A stretch of DNA of 17,378 bases from an uncultured Janthinobacterium sp. Its GTDB lineage: Bacteria; Vulcanimicrobiota; Vulcanimicrobiia; Vulcanimicrobiales; Vulcanimicrobiaceae. This document shows, piece by piece, positions 7,224-17,032 of this stretch; the first letter of the stretch is position 1; each line of letters begins with the position of its first letter. Where the stretch lies: assembly GCA_964658025.1 (NCBI GenBank), contig CAZZXB010000043.1:4044-21421 (forward strand), written 5' to 3'. The position numbers and the translations under genes are program-made. The notes beneath the pieces are model-generated. The model saw only the letters and a program-made list of their open reading frames with translations, did no database searches and was not told the origin of the DNA.

Positions 7224-9728
7224 CTAGAGCTCGAGCGACAATTGCGTTTCCTCGCGGCCGCCCGTCGCGGCGAGGCGCGATCGCAGGGGCACCTGACCTT
7301 CGAGGGTCGGGCGGGCACCAAGGGCGTCGGCGATCTCGCGCGCGCGGGCGATCACGCCGCTCGGAAGGCCGGCCATCTTCGCGACCTCGATGCCGAACGA
7401 GCGCGACGTGCTCCCCGGGAGGACGCGGTGCGAGAAGACGGGCGCGCCCGAACGCGCGGTGTTCTCGACGGCCGTCACGTGGAAGTTCTCGACGAGCGGC
7501 CAGCGTTCGGCGAGCGCGACGAGTTCGTGGAAGTGCGTCGCGAAGAGCGTCATCGGCGCGCGCGCGTCGAGACCGAGGAGATATTCGCAGATCGCCTGCG
7601 CGATCGCGAGACCGTCGATCGTTCCCGTGCCCCGACCGACCTCGTCGACCAGTAAGAGACTGCGGCGCGTGCAGCGTCGCAAGATCGCGGACGCTTCGGC
7701 CATCTCGACGTAGAAGGTCGACTGACCCGACGCGAGATCGTCGCCCGCGCCGATCCGCGTGAAGATCCGATCGACGATCCCGAGTTCCATCGATTTCGCC
7801 GGAACGAACGATCCGATCTGCGCGAGGATCACGAGTAACGCCGCCTGACGGAGATACGTCGACTTCCCGCCCATGTTCGGGCCCGTCAGGAGCGCGAAGC
7901 GCGCGTGCGACTCGGCGAGGTGGAGGTCGTTCGGCACGAAGGCGTCGCCCGCGACCGCTTCCATCACGGGATGGCGTCCGTCGACGACGTCGAGCGTGCT
8001 CGCGCGGACGAACCGCGGCCGGACGTAACCGCGATCGGCGGCCGTCTGCGCGAGGCCGCACGCGACGTCGAGTTCCGCGAGGGCGTCCGCGGTCGCGAGG
8101 AGCGCGTCGAGCCGCGCGGCGATCGTGTCGACGAGTTCGGCGAAGAGCGTTTGCTCCAAGAGCAGCGCGCGCGTCTGCGCGCCCGAGATCGCGGCTTCGA
8201 GTTCTTTGAGTTCCGGAATGACGAAGCGCTCGCCGCCCGCGAGCGTTTGCTTGCGGACGTACTCGGCCGGGACGCTGCCGAGATGCGAGTTCGTCACCTC
8301 GATCGCGTAGCCGAAGGCGCTCGCGTACTTCACCTTGAGACCCTTGATGCCGGTCCGTTCGCGTTCGCGGGCTTCGAGCGCGGCGATCCGTTCGCGACCG
8401 TCGCCGCGGAGCGCGATGCACTCGGCGAGTTCCGGCGAGGCGTCGGGTCGGATCGCGCCGCCGTCGACGAGCGTCGCCGGGAGATCGTCGCAGAGCGTCC
8501 GCTCGAGCGCCGCGAGCGACGCCGCGTGATCGCCGATCCGCTCGCGGTACGCCGCGAGCGCGGGCGGGAGCGCGTCGCGGAGCGGGTCGAGCACGCGGAG
8601 CGTCCGCCGCAGCGAGCCCAGATCGCGCGGGAGCGCGCGACGGAACCGCACCTTCTGCACGATCCGCTCGAGATCGAAGGCGCCGCCGAGTAACTCGCCG
8701 AGCCGCGCGCGCGAAGGAAAATCGCCGACGAGCGCTTCGACGCGGTCGGCGCGTTCGGCGATCTCGCGTTCGTCGACGAGCGGCGCCGCGAGCCGCCGCG
8801 CGAGCAGGCGCGAACCCATCGCGGTCCTGCACCGATCGATCGTCGCGAGGAGCGTCGCTTTGGGATTCTGGCCCTGCGCTTTCGTGAGTTCGAGATGGCG
8901 GCGCGTGTTCGCGTCGAGCGCGACGAACGAGCGGACGCGATAGTACTCGCACGCGCGGAGCGACCGTTCCGTCGATTCGAATCCGACGCGTCGTAAGAAC
9001 GCGCCGAGTCCGCCGAGCGCGCGCGTCATCGCGGCGGATTCTTCGAGCGAGAAGCCGTCGATCGTGCCGATCGTCGCGACGAGCGCCGTCGCGAGCGGCG
9101 GCGTCGCGATCCGCACGTTCGGGAGCTGCGCGGCGATCGCCGCGCGGAAATCGGCGGGGACGTCGGCGACGATCTCGACCGGCGCGAGTCGCACGAGTTC
9201 GGCGAGCGTCTCCTCGAACGCGGCGTCGCCCGCATAGGCGGTCGCGGCGGTCCGTCCGGTCGAGACGTCGGCGCTCGCGAGCGCGATCGCGTCGCCGCCC
9301 GCCGTCAGCGCGACGAGCAGATTCTCCGCACTCGGTTCGAGCAGATGTTCTTCGAGCAGCGTCCCCGGCGTCACGACGCGGACGACGTCGCGTCGCACGA
9401 GTTTGTTGGGAACGGGCGCTTCGAGTTGTTCCGCGAGCGCGACGACGCGACGTTGCGCGACGAGCTTCGCGAGATACCCGTCGAGCGCGTGATACGGGAC
9501 GCCCGCCATCGCGACGCGCTGCCCGCCGCCCGCTTCTTTCGAGGTCAGCGCGATCTGGAGCGCGACCGCGATCGTCTGGGCGTCGTCGCCGTAGGCTTCG
9601 TAGAAATCGCCGACGCGCGAGAGCAAGATCGCCTCCGCGTAGCGATCCTTCATCTCGAAATACTGCTCGAGGAGCGGCGAATACCGCGTCTCGCTCACCC
9701 GCCGTTCGACCCGGACCCGAGACGGCAC
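7224..9728 (-). CDS. mutS: DNA mismatch repair protein MutS
   Basis: SPLLEQY, RVGDFYE mismatch-recognition motif, Walker A TGPNMGGKSTYLRQ, STFYVEM, DEVGRGT, FATHFHEL, C-terminal QLSL clamp-binding-like motif. GAGGGG lies 6 nt upstream of GTG 9728 (alternative start 9698). Confidence 0.98.
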   Translation of the reverse strand: MPSRVRVERRVSETRYSPLLEQYFEMKDRYAEAILLSRVGDFYEAYGDDAQTIAVALQIALTSKEAGGGQRVAMAGVPYHALDGYLAKLVAQRRVVALAEQLEAPVPNKLVRRDVVRVVTPGTLLEEHLLEPSAENLLVALTAGGDAIALASADVSTGRTAATAYAGDAAFEETLAELVRLAPVEIVADVPADFRAAIAAQLPNVRIATPPLATALVATIGTIDGFSLEESAAMTRALGGLGAFLRRVGFESTERSLRACEYYRVRSFVALDANTRRHLELTKAQGQNPKATLLATIDRCRTAMGSRLLARRLAAPLVDEREIAERADRVEALVGDFPSRARLGELLGGAFDLERIVQKVRFRRALPRDLGSLRRTLRVLDPLRDALPPALAAYRERIGDHAASLAALERTLCDDLPATLVDGGAIRPDASPELAECIALRGDGRERIAALEARERERTGIKGLKVKYASAFGYAIEVTNSHLGSVPAEYVRKQTLAGGERFVIPELKELEAAISGAQTRALLLEQTLFAELVDTIAARLDALLATADALAELDVACGLAQTAADRGYVRPRFVRASTLDVVDGRHPVMEAVAGDAFVPNDLHLAESHARFALLTGPNMGGKSTYLRQAALLVILAQIGSFVPAKSMELGIVDRIFTRIGAGDDLASGQSTFYVEMAEASAILRRCTRRSLLLVDEVGRGTGTIDGLAIAQAICEYLLGLDARAPMTLFATHFHELVALAERWPLVENFHVTAVENTARSGAPVFSHRVLPGSTSRSFGIEVAKMAGLPSGVIARAREIADALGARPTLEGQVPLRSRLAATGGREETQLSLEL

Positions 9729-9771
9729 GGCCGACCCCTCGTCGCGAGGACTCGCGTTCGGACCACGGATC

Positions 9772-11181
9772 CTACCGCGCGATCAGATCGACGACGGCGC
9801 GACGTTCGACCGCGATCGGGCGCGCGTCGAAGCGCGTCGCCGTCGCGACGATCTCGCCCGTGCAACCCCACGTGAACGGCGCGTCGACGCGAACGTCGAT
9901 CCACGGCCGTTCGAGCAAGACGCGCTCGTCGAGATCGCCCGCCGGCGCGACGACGGTGACGTTATCGGTCGTCTTGGCCGCGAGCTTCGAGCGATCTTTG
10001 CGCGACGGGCCCTGCACGAGCGCGCGCACGGTCGTCCCACGTTTGCGCTCGTGCCACGCCCGGACGTTGCGATCGACCGTCTCGGCGAGGCGACGTAACC
10101 GCGCGTTGCCGATCTCGGCCGGGATCTGCTCCCAATGCGCCGCGGGCGTTCCGCGCCGCGGCGAATAGACGAACATGAACGCCTGCGCGAACCCGAACTC
10201 GTCGCACGCCGCGAGCGTCGCCTCGAAATCGGCCTCGGTCTCGCCCGGAAAGGCGACGATGAGATCGGTCGTGAGCGACCAGTCGGGACAGCGTTCGCGG
10301 AACGCGGCGATCTTCTCGCGATACTGCGCGAGCGTGTACTTACGGTTCATCCGCCGCAAGATCGGATCCGATCCGCACTGCATCGGCAGATGGAAGCGCG
10401 GGCTGAGTTGCGGCACCTCGCCCATCGTGCGCGCGAGCCGTTCCGTGTAGTCTTTCGGATGCGAGGTGAGAAACGTCAGGCGGTCCATGCCGTCGAGTGC
10501 GGCGACGCGCTCGACGAGATCCGCGAAATCCGCACCCGTCGCGGGCTCGCGATACGCGTTGACCGTCTGTCCGACGAGCGTGATCTCGCGCGCGCCCTTG
10601 GCGAGCGCCGCGCGCACGTCGCGCAGGATGTCCTCGAGCGGGCGGTTGTCGAAGCGCCCGCGCACGTACGGCACGATGCAGTAGGTGCAATAATACGAAC
10701 AGCCGCGCTGGACGTTGACGAAGGCGCGCAGGTGCGAATAGACGTCGCCGACGCAGTCCGGCGCGCCGCCGAGCGGACGGATCAACAGCCGTTCCTCGGT
10801 GAGATCGTCGTCCGCATCTTCGAACGACGGCCGCCACGTTTCGAGCGCGTCGCCGAGTCGCGCGAGATCGCTCGTGCCGAACACGGCGTCGAGATACGGC
10901 GCCGTCTCGTGCATCCGATCGCGATCCTGTTCGGCGAGACAGCCGCAGACGACGAGCTTCACGCGATCGTCCGCGCGCTTGAGCGCGCGGAAGTGCGACA
11001 TCCGACCGTACGCGCGGCGTTCGGCGTTGTCGCGCACGGTACACGTGTTGAGGACGACGACGTTCGCCTCGGTCGCGTCGGCCGTCACGGCGTACCCCGA
11101 GGCCGCGGCGCGATCCGCGATGTATTGCGAGTCGGCCTCGTTCATCTGACAGCCGAACGTTTCGATGTAGATTCGTGCCAT
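9772..11181 (-). CDS. miaB: tRNA methylthiotransferase MiaB (radical SAM, TRAM domain)
   Basis: TFGCQMNEADS, NTCTVRDNAE, CGCLAE, radical SAM CSYYCTYC, IVPYVRG, FPGETEADF, YSPRRGTPA. Confidence 0.93.
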   Translation of the reverse strand: MARIYIETFGCQMNEADSQYIADRAAASGYAVTADATEANVVVLNTCTVRDNAERRAYGRMSHFRALKRADDRVKLVVCGCLAEQDRDRMHETAPYLDAVFGTSDLARLGDALETWRPSFEDADDDLTEERLLIRPLGGAPDCVGDVYSHLRAFVNVQRGCSYYCTYCIVPYVRGRFDNRPLEDILRDVRAALAKGAREITLVGQTVNAYREPATGADFADLVERVAALDGMDRLTFLTSHPKDYTERLARTMGEVPQLSPRFHLPMQCGSDPILRRMNRKYTLAQYREKIAAFRERCPDWSLTTDLIVAFPGETEADFEATLAACDEFGFAQAFMFVYSPRRGTPAAHWEQIPAEIGNARLRRLAETVDRNVRAWHERKRGTTVRALVQGPSRKDRSKLAAKTTDNVTVVAPAGDLDERVLLERPWIDVRVDAPFTWGCTGEIVATATRFDARPIAVERRAVVDLIAR

Positions 11182-11220
11182 GGCGCTAGATCGCGTTCGT
11201 TCGCGTCGTCGCGACGAACG

Positions 11221-11973
11221 TCATTTGCTCGTGTCGCCCGAGAGCAGTTGGAGGAGCGCGAGGGGCAGGTAGAGTTTGTCGCCGATGAGTTCGGGGGCGC
11301 TGTCGTACGCGACGGTCGCGCGATCGACGTGGACGCTCGGATCGCCGAGTTGCCCCGTGACGACGTGACCCATGTAGCGAACCGCGACCTTCGTTCCGTC
11401 GACGGAGAAATTGTCGGTCGGCAGGTAGTCTTCGGCCGGCGCGACGACGCCCGAATGGCGCGCTTCGACCTGCGGGACGTCGAGCACGGTCGTCGTCGTC
11501 TCGGGGAGGACGTCGACGCTCTGCACGGCCGTGCCGTGCGAAGTCTCGAACGCGAGATCGTGCGTGCCCGCGCCGACCGGGATCTCGTGCCCGACGTCGA
11601 GCCGCACGGGCTTGCCGTCGAGGCGGACCTTGGCGCCCGGAGGCATCGACCGCACGACGAGCATCCCGCTCGAGCCGCCCGTCGGAACCCGCGCCCCGAC
11701 CGCGAGCGCCGTGCTCGAGGTGGCGATCCCGCCGTCGGAGACGCCGATCTCGAGTTCGCGGACGGTCCAGCCGGCTTTCGCGAGGGTGACGCCGTGTTTG
11801 CCCGCGCTCAGCCCCGCCACGAACGCGGGCGACCGACCGACGTACACGCCGTCCACCCAAACGTCGGCCCGGCTGGGTAGCGACGTCACGTAGATCGAGC
11901 CTCCCGATGCGGCGGCCGCGAGCCCCGGCGCGAGCGCGAGCGTCGCGAAAACGAGTGCGGCGGCGCGAGCCAT
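11221..11973 (-). CDS. Secreted PEGA-domain protein with C-terminal copper-amine-oxidase-N/stalk-like segment
   Basis: From ATG 11973: signal peptide MARAAALVFATLALAPGLAAA. Two PEGA-like units (SIYVTSLPSRADVWVDGVYVGRSP...GKHGVTLAKAGW and LVVRSMPPGAKVRLDG...GTHDL). Ends APELIGDKLYLPL. The upstream part of the track ORF is antisense to der. Confidence 0.8.
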   Translation of the reverse strand: MARAAALVFATLALAPGLAAAASGGSIYVTSLPSRADVWVDGVYVGRSPAFVAGLSAGKHGVTLAKAGWTVRELEIGVSDGGIATSSTALAVGARVPTGGSSGMLVVRSMPPGAKVRLDGKPVRLDVGHEIPVGAGTHDLAFETSHGTAVQSVDVLPETTTTVLDVPQVEARHSGVVAPAEDYLPTDNFSVDGTKVAVRYMGHVVTGQLGDPSVHVDRATVAYDSAPELIGDKLYLPLALLQLLSGDTSK

Positions 11974-12033
11974 GATCACGCGATGCGGTTCGCCACACGG
12001 TTCGCGCGACCCGCGCGGCGAACGCTTCGGGAG

Positions 12034-13404
12034 ATGGATCTGGAAATTTCCGCGCCCGTGCGTCCGGCGACCGTGGCGATCGTCGGACGCCCGAACGTCG
12101 GAAAGAGCGCGCTGTTCAACCGCCTCGTCGGCAAGCGCCTCGCGATCGTCGAAGATACGCCCGGCGTCACGCGCGACCGCCTCTACGCGCTCGCCGAGTG
12201 GAACGGCCGAACGTTCAGCGTGGTCGACACCGCCGGCATCGACACCGGTGCCCTCGCGGACGACGACATGGCCGCGCGCACGCGCGCGCAGGCCGAGATC
12301 GCGGCGACCGACGCCGACGTCATCGTCTTCGTCGTCGACGGCGCGGCCGGACTCTCGCCGCTCGACGACGACGTGATCCACATCATGCGCAAGACGCGTC
12401 ATCCGGTTCTGCTCGTCGCGAACAAGGCCGAATCCGAACGCGTGCGCCTGCAGATTCCGGGAGAATTCGCGCGGCTCGGTTTCGGAGAACCGATCGTCGT
12501 CTCGGCGCTGCACGGCGAGGGGACGGGCGATCTGCTCGACGCGATCGTCGAGCGACTCCCGGACGAAGCGTCGGGCAAACCCGTCGAGACCGAACTCGCG
12601 CTCGCGATCGTCGGCCGTCCCAACGTCGGCAAGTCGTCGTTACTGAATTCGTTACTCGGCGAGGAGCGCTCGATCGTCTCCGACGTCGCGGGGACCACGC
12701 GCGACGCGATCGACACGATCTTCGCGTTCCACGAGCATCGCATCCGGCTCATCGATACGGCCGGCGTCTGGCGCAAGACGAAGCATCACGGATCGATCGA
12801 ATATTACGCGTCGCTCCGTTCGCTCGGCGCGATCGCGCGCTGCGATATCGCGATCCTCGTGATGGACTCCATGACGGGGATCCTCGACCAAGACCGACGG
12901 CTCGCGGGGATGATCCTCGAGGAGCGTAAGGGCCTCATCATCGTGGCGAACAAATGGGATCTCGCGTTGCAGCAAGACGGAGATTTCTCGCAAGGCGAAC
13001 TCACGAACGTCATCCACGAGGCGATTCCGTTCGCGGCGTTCGCGCCCGTGACGTTCCTCTCGGCGCTCACGCGTCGTCGGCTCGGGAGCCTGATGCCGCT
13101 CGTCATGCGCGTCGCGAACAATCTCGACCGGCGCGTCCCGACGCCGCAACTCAACTCGGTGATCCGAGACGCCGTGTACGCGCATCCCGCACCCGGTCGC
13201 GGCGGAAAACCGCTCCGCGTGTACTACGGCGCGCAGGTCGCGACGCATCCGCCGCTGTTCGTCTTCCACTGCAACGATCCCGATCTCGTCTCGTCGAGTT
13301 ACAAGCGGTTTCTCGAAAACACGTTACGCGCGAACTTCGATTTCGAAGGCGTGCCGCTCACGCTCGAATTCCGACCGCGCCGGAGCGAGGATCCGACCGA
13401 ATGA
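12034..13404 (+). CDS. der: Ribosome biogenesis GTPase Der (EngA)
   Basis: Two GRPNVGKS P-loops, GVTRD/GTTRD, DTAG twice, NKAE/NKWD, KH-like C-terminus (YKRFLENTLR..FDFEGVPL). Start uncertain (12034 or 12058). Confidence 0.97.
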   Translation: MDLEISAPVRPATVAIVGRPNVGKSALFNRLVGKRLAIVEDTPGVTRDRLYALAEWNGRTFSVVDTAGIDTGALADDDMAARTRAQAEIAATDADVIVFVVDGAAGLSPLDDDVIHIMRKTRHPVLLVANKAESERVRLQIPGEFARLGFGEPIVVSALHGEGTGDLLDAIVERLPDEASGKPVETELALAIVGRPNVGKSSLLNSLLGEERSIVSDVAGTTRDAIDTIFAFHEHRIRLIDTAGVWRKTKHHGSIEYYASLRSLGAIARCDIAILVMDSMTGILDQDRRLAGMILEERKGLIIVANKWDLALQQDGDFSQGELTNVIHEAIPFAAFAPVTFLSALTRRRLGSLMPLVMRVANNLDRRVPTPQLNSVIRDAVYAHPAPGRGGKPLRVYYGAQVATHPPLFVFHCNDPDLVSSSYKRFLENTLRANFDFEGVPLTLEFRPRRSEDPTE

Positions 13405-14018
13405 TCCTCTTCTTCTCGCTCGTCCTCGTCGCGATCGGCTCGTTTTTCGTCGGTTCGATCCCGGTCGGCGTGCTCGTCGGAAAGCGCTTCTTCGCCAAGG
13501 ACATCCGCGCGGACGGCAGCGGCAACATCGGCGCCGCGAACGCGCTACGGAGTTTCGGCGCGCTCGGCGGCGCGGTCGTGCTCGTCCTCGACGTGCTCAA
13601 AGGTTTACTACCGACACTTCTCGAGCAGCAGATCTCGGGAGCCTCCGTCGCGGCGACGGCCGCGCTCTTCGCCGTGCTCGGGCACTGCTTCACGCCGTGG
13701 CTCGGGTGGCGCGGCGGAAAGGGCGTGGCGACGTGGCTCGGCGGCCTGCTCGCGCTCTCGTGGATCGGCGCGCTCGTGTTCGGCGTCGCGTGGATCGCGA
13801 TCGTCGCGAAAACGCGTTACGCGTCGCTCGGATCGATCGTCGCATCGTCGCTCTCGGCGATCGTCGTGGGGATCGTGTATCGCGGACATCCCGTCGTCGC
13901 GATCTGCGCGATCCTCGCGATCGCCGTGGTGATCCTACGTCACCGCGAGAATCTCGTCCGCTTGCGCGCCGGAACCGAACGGAAGCTCGCCTTCGGTCGC
14001 ACGCCCGCAGCCTCGTAA
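13401..14018 (+). CDS. plsY: Glycerol-3-phosphate acyltransferase PlsY
   Basis: GSIP, GSGNIGAANALR, LDVLKG, GH..GGKGVAT, RHRENL motifs. ATGA overlap with the der stop; der-plsY is a common pairing. Confidence 0.95.
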   Translation: MILFFSLVLVAIGSFFVGSIPVGVLVGKRFFAKDIRADGSGNIGAANALRSFGALGGAVVLVLDVLKGLLPTLLEQQISGASVAATAALFAVLGHCFTPWLGWRGGKGVATWLGGLLALSWIGALVFGVAWIAIVAKTRYASLGSIVASSLSAIVVGIVYRGHPVVAICAILAIAVVILRHRENLVRLRAGTERKLAFGRTPAAS

Positions 14019-14057
14019 AAGGCCCGCTTCGGCGAGGCGGCAAAACGGGTTCGGGAT

Positions 14058-14618
14058 ATGATATCTTCGAACGATTTTCGTAACGGCGTCACGGTCGTGA
14101 TCGAGGGTCAGCTCTGGACCGTCATCGAGTTCCTGCACGTGAAACCGGGCAAGGGCTCCGCATTCGTTCGAACCCGACTCAAGAACGTACGGAGCGGCGC
14201 GACGGTCGAGCGCACGTTTCGCGCGGGCGAAAAACTCGAACGCGCGACCGTCGATAATCGCGAGATGCAGATGCTCTACAACGACGCCGACGGCTACCAT
14301 TTCATGGATGCCGAATCGTTCGAGAACATCACGTTGCAACGCGACCTCATCGGCGACCCGGCCGACTTCCTCAAAGACGGCGCGAAGATCGACGTCCAAC
14401 TCCACGACGGCACGCCGATCGGCGTGAGCCTGCCCGCACACGTCGAACTCAAAGTCGTCGAAACCGATCCGGGCTTCAAGGGCGACACGGCGACGGGCAC
14501 GACGAAGCCCGCGAAGCTCGAAACGGGCGCGACCGTCCAGGTCCCGCTGTTCGTGAATCCGGGCGACCAGATCCGTATCGACACGCGCGATCGCCGTTAC
14601 ATCGGTCGCGTGCAGTAA
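14058..14618 (+). CDS. efp: Elongation factor P
   Basis: HVKPGKGSAFVRTRLKN, PGFKGDT, KPAKLETG, VPLFV...DTR; 186 aa. Confidence 0.98.
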   Translation: MISSNDFRNGVTVVIEGQLWTVIEFLHVKPGKGSAFVRTRLKNVRSGATVERTFRAGEKLERATVDNREMQMLYNDADGYHFMDAESFENITLQRDLIGDPADFLKDGAKIDVQLHDGTPIGVSLPAHVELKVVETDPGFKGDTATGTTKPAKLETGATVQVPLFVNPGDQIRIDTRDRRYIGRVQ

Positions 14619-14631
14619 TTCTCCGCGCGCG

Positions 14632-15459
14632 ATGAGCCACGTCGCGGTCCTCGCGATCGAGATGATCGCGCTCGGCATCTTCGCGAGCTTCATCGGATCG
14701 ATCGTCGGCCTCGGCGGCGCGTTCGTCGCGATCCCGATCCTACGCCTCGTCTTCCACCTTCCGCCGACGCTCGTCGCGGGGACCTCGCTCTTTCTCGTCA
14801 CGGCGAACGTCGCGAGCGCGTCGATCGCGTTCCATCGGCAGCGGCGGATCAACGTTCCGCTCGGGCTGACGATGGGGATCCTCGCGATCCCGGGGAGCAT
14901 CCTCGGCGCGCTCGCGCTGCGGCACTTCAACGTCAGAGGCTTCGACTTCGCGTACGCGGCGATGCTCGTCGTCTTCGCGATCGATCTCGTCTTCCGCAAG
15001 CAGGTCGGCGGCGAGAACGGCGTATCGCGATCGCTCCCGTGGGGTCGACGGCAGAGCTTCGTCGACGCGTCGACGGGACGGACGATCGTCTACGAAACGA
15101 GCGCGCCGCTGCTCGCGATCGCGGGGCTCGTGACCGGATTTCTCTCGAGCTTTTTCGGCATCGGCGGCGGGGTGCTCGTCGTGCCGCTGCTCATGCGCGT
15201 GTTTCTCTTGCCGGCGCACGTCGTCGGGGCGACGTCGCATTTCATCATCCTCGTCTCGTCGCCGTTCGGTCTCGTGACGCACGGACTCACGGGCGACATC
15301 GACTGGGCCTACGCGCTCCCGCTCGCGCTCGGCGGCGTGGTGGGCGGCCAGTTCGGCGCCGCGACCGCGCACCGGCTCTCGACGCCGACGCTCGTACGCG
15401 TGCTCGCGATCGTCATGCTCGTCGCGGCATCGAGCCTCGTCTTCGAGCACTTCACGTAG
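14632..15459 (+). CDS. TauE/SafE (TSUP) family membrane permease
   Basis: Multi-pass hydrophobic protein with duplicated GxGGG-like motifs (GSIVGLGGA, SSFFGIGGGVLVVP) followed by AGTSL/GATSH. Confidence 0.88.
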   Translation: MSHVAVLAIEMIALGIFASFIGSIVGLGGAFVAIPILRLVFHLPPTLVAGTSLFLVTANVASASIAFHRQRRINVPLGLTMGILAIPGSILGALALRHFNVRGFDFAYAAMLVVFAIDLVFRKQVGGENGVSRSLPWGRRQSFVDASTGRTIVYETSAPLLAIAGLVTGFLSSFFGIGGGVLVVPLLMRVFLLPAHVVGATSHFIILVSSPFGLVTHGLTGDIDWAYALPLALGGVVGGQFGAATAHRLSTPTLVRVLAIVMLVAASSLVFEHFT

Positions 15460-15490
15460 TGAACCGCCGCTCGGATGGGAACCACGTAGC

Positions 15491-16336
15491 ATGATCTCGA
15501 GTGCGGAGCGACGCTCCGGAGCGACCGACGAAGGCGCGGACGTCAAAGAAGCGCGCCTGCGCGACGCCGTCCGCGCGTACGGGCGCTGCATCGTCGCGTT
15601 CTCCGGCGGGGTCGATTCGGCCGTCGTCGCGGCGATCGCGGCGCAAGAACTCGGCGCGGGCGCGCTCGCCGTCACCGGGGTCTCGCCGAGCCTGCCGGAG
15701 CGCGAGCGCCGCGCGGCGGTCGCGTTCGCGGCCGCCGTCGGCATCGAACACGAACTCTTCGACACGCACGAGATCGAGGACGAACGCTACGCATCGAATC
15801 CCTCGAACCGCTGCTATTACTGCAAGACCGAACTCTACGGGTCGCTCGTTCCCTTCGCACGCGAACGCGGGTTCGCGATCGTCGCCGACGGTCTCAACCT
15901 CGACGATCTCGGCGAGATCCGCCCGGGCCGACGCGCGGCCGAGGAACGCGGCGTGCGCAGCCCGCTCGCCGACGCCGGATTCACGAAGGACGACGTCCGC
16001 CGCCTCGCGCGCGCGCGGGGACTCGACGTTTGGGACAAGCCCGCAGCCGCGTGTCTCGCGTCGCGCTTTCCGACCGGCACCGCGATCACGCCCGATCTCT
16101 TGGCACGCGTCGAACGCGCGGAAGACGCGCTGCACGCGGTCGGTCTCGTCGATTGCCGCGTCCGCCATCACGGCGACCTCGCCCGCGTCGAACTCGCGCC
16201 GACCTCGATCCCGACGGCGATCGCGAATCGCACGTTCCTCGTCGGCGCGATCCGCGACGCGGGCTACCGACACGTCACGCTCGACCTCGCGGGGTACGTC
16301 CGCGGCGGCGTCGTCGACCTCATCGCGTCTCGCTGA
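15491..16336 (+). CDS. larE: LarE-family PP-loop ATP-dependent sulfur transferase
   Basis: AFSGGVDS PP-loop, NRCYYCK, DGLNLDD..RPG, SPL, WDKPAAACLASRFP, RVERAE, RVRHH...ARVE, VTLDLAGY. Confidence 0.9.
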   Translation: MISSAERRSGATDEGADVKEARLRDAVRAYGRCIVAFSGGVDSAVVAAIAAQELGAGALAVTGVSPSLPERERRAAVAFAAAVGIEHELFDTHEIEDERYASNPSNRCYYCKTELYGSLVPFARERGFAIVADGLNLDDLGEIRPGRRAAEERGVRSPLADAGFTKDDVRRLARARGLDVWDKPAAACLASRFPTGTAITPDLLARVERAEDALHAVGLVDCRVRHHGDLARVELAPTSIPTAIANRTFLVGAIRDAGYRHVTLDLAGYVRGGVVDLIASR

Positions 16337-16432
16337 GCGACGTCGCGAAACCGTCTCGCACGAGCGCGACGCATCGGACGCCGCGCGCCCGCGCTTCGGG
16401 CCGTAACGCTCGCGCTCTCGAAGCGCGTGCCG

Positions 16433-16990
16433 CTAGATCGTTCGATCGTCGCGTGCGCAAACGCGGTGCGCCGCGGTTCGCGACGCGTCGCTCACGTCGC
16501 GCATCTCCACGATCTCGAGAACGCGCAAGGGGAAGCGCGGATCGTAATTGCGCCGACTGCAGCGGCCGCACGACATCGCCGCCGACGGTCGGCGTTTGCG
16601 CAAGACTTCGAGCGTGCAGCGGTCGCAGCGCAGGATGAAACGGCGATTGCTCTCGCGGCGCGGGAGGGCGCTCCCGAGATCGTGGTAGATCGAACCGAGT
16701 CCGACGTCGCGCATCTTCTTCTTGAAGCGTGCCGTGTGACCGGGATTCTCGCCGCGCGCGAAAAGCCACGCGTGGATCATTTCGTGCAGTAACGTGTCGC
16801 GCAGAGCCTCCGGATGTTTTTCGAAGTGACGCGGCGAGAGTTCGATGAGCGGCGGTTTGTAGGTGATCCGTCCCGCCAGATTCGAGAATCGCGCGTTGTA
16901 CGCGATGCGATGCGCCGGAATCTCGCCCGCGAAGAATTCGTTGTTGAGGACGGCGAAGAGAAGCTGCAGATCGGTCGGGTCGGGCAACAT
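16433..16990 (-). CDS. SprT-like zinc metalloprotease with C-terminal zinc ribbon
   Basis: AGRI...IELS, LLHEMIH (HExxH), GH...F, CDRC and CGRC. ATG at 16990 preferred over GTG 17008. Confidence 0.88.
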   Translation of the reverse strand: MLPDPTDLQLLFAVLNNEFFAGEIPAHRIAYNARFSNLAGRITYKPPLIELSPRHFEKHPEALRDTLLHEMIHAWLFARGENPGHTARFKKKMRDVGLGSIYHDLGSALPRRESNRRFILRCDRCTLEVLRKRRPSAAMSCGRCSRRNYDPRFPLRVLEIVEMRDVSDASRTAAHRVCARDDRTI

Positions 16991-17032
16991 GCGCCCGAGG
17001 CTTTGCACGTTCGCGCGAGAACATCCCTGTTC

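Noticed and set aside
7052..7321. N-terminal extension of the receptor ORF in the track
   Set aside because: It overlaps the mutS 3' end and precedes the signal peptide. The promoter-like elements support a start at 7051 (or 7069).
11974..12513. N-terminal 180 aa of the 430-aa minus ORF
   Set aside because: It is antisense to der. The real protein starts at the signal peptide at 11973.
14019..14057. Hairpin between plsY and efp as a regulatory RNA
   Set aside because: A short GC stem with a G-U pair and no U-tract or recognisable motif; unremarkable at this GC content.
14058..14618. Functional link between efp and the polyproline-rich kinase and receptor
   Set aside because: EF-P would aid their translation wherever it is encoded. 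It lies ~7 kb away in a separate housekeeping run, so the proximity is likely coincidental.
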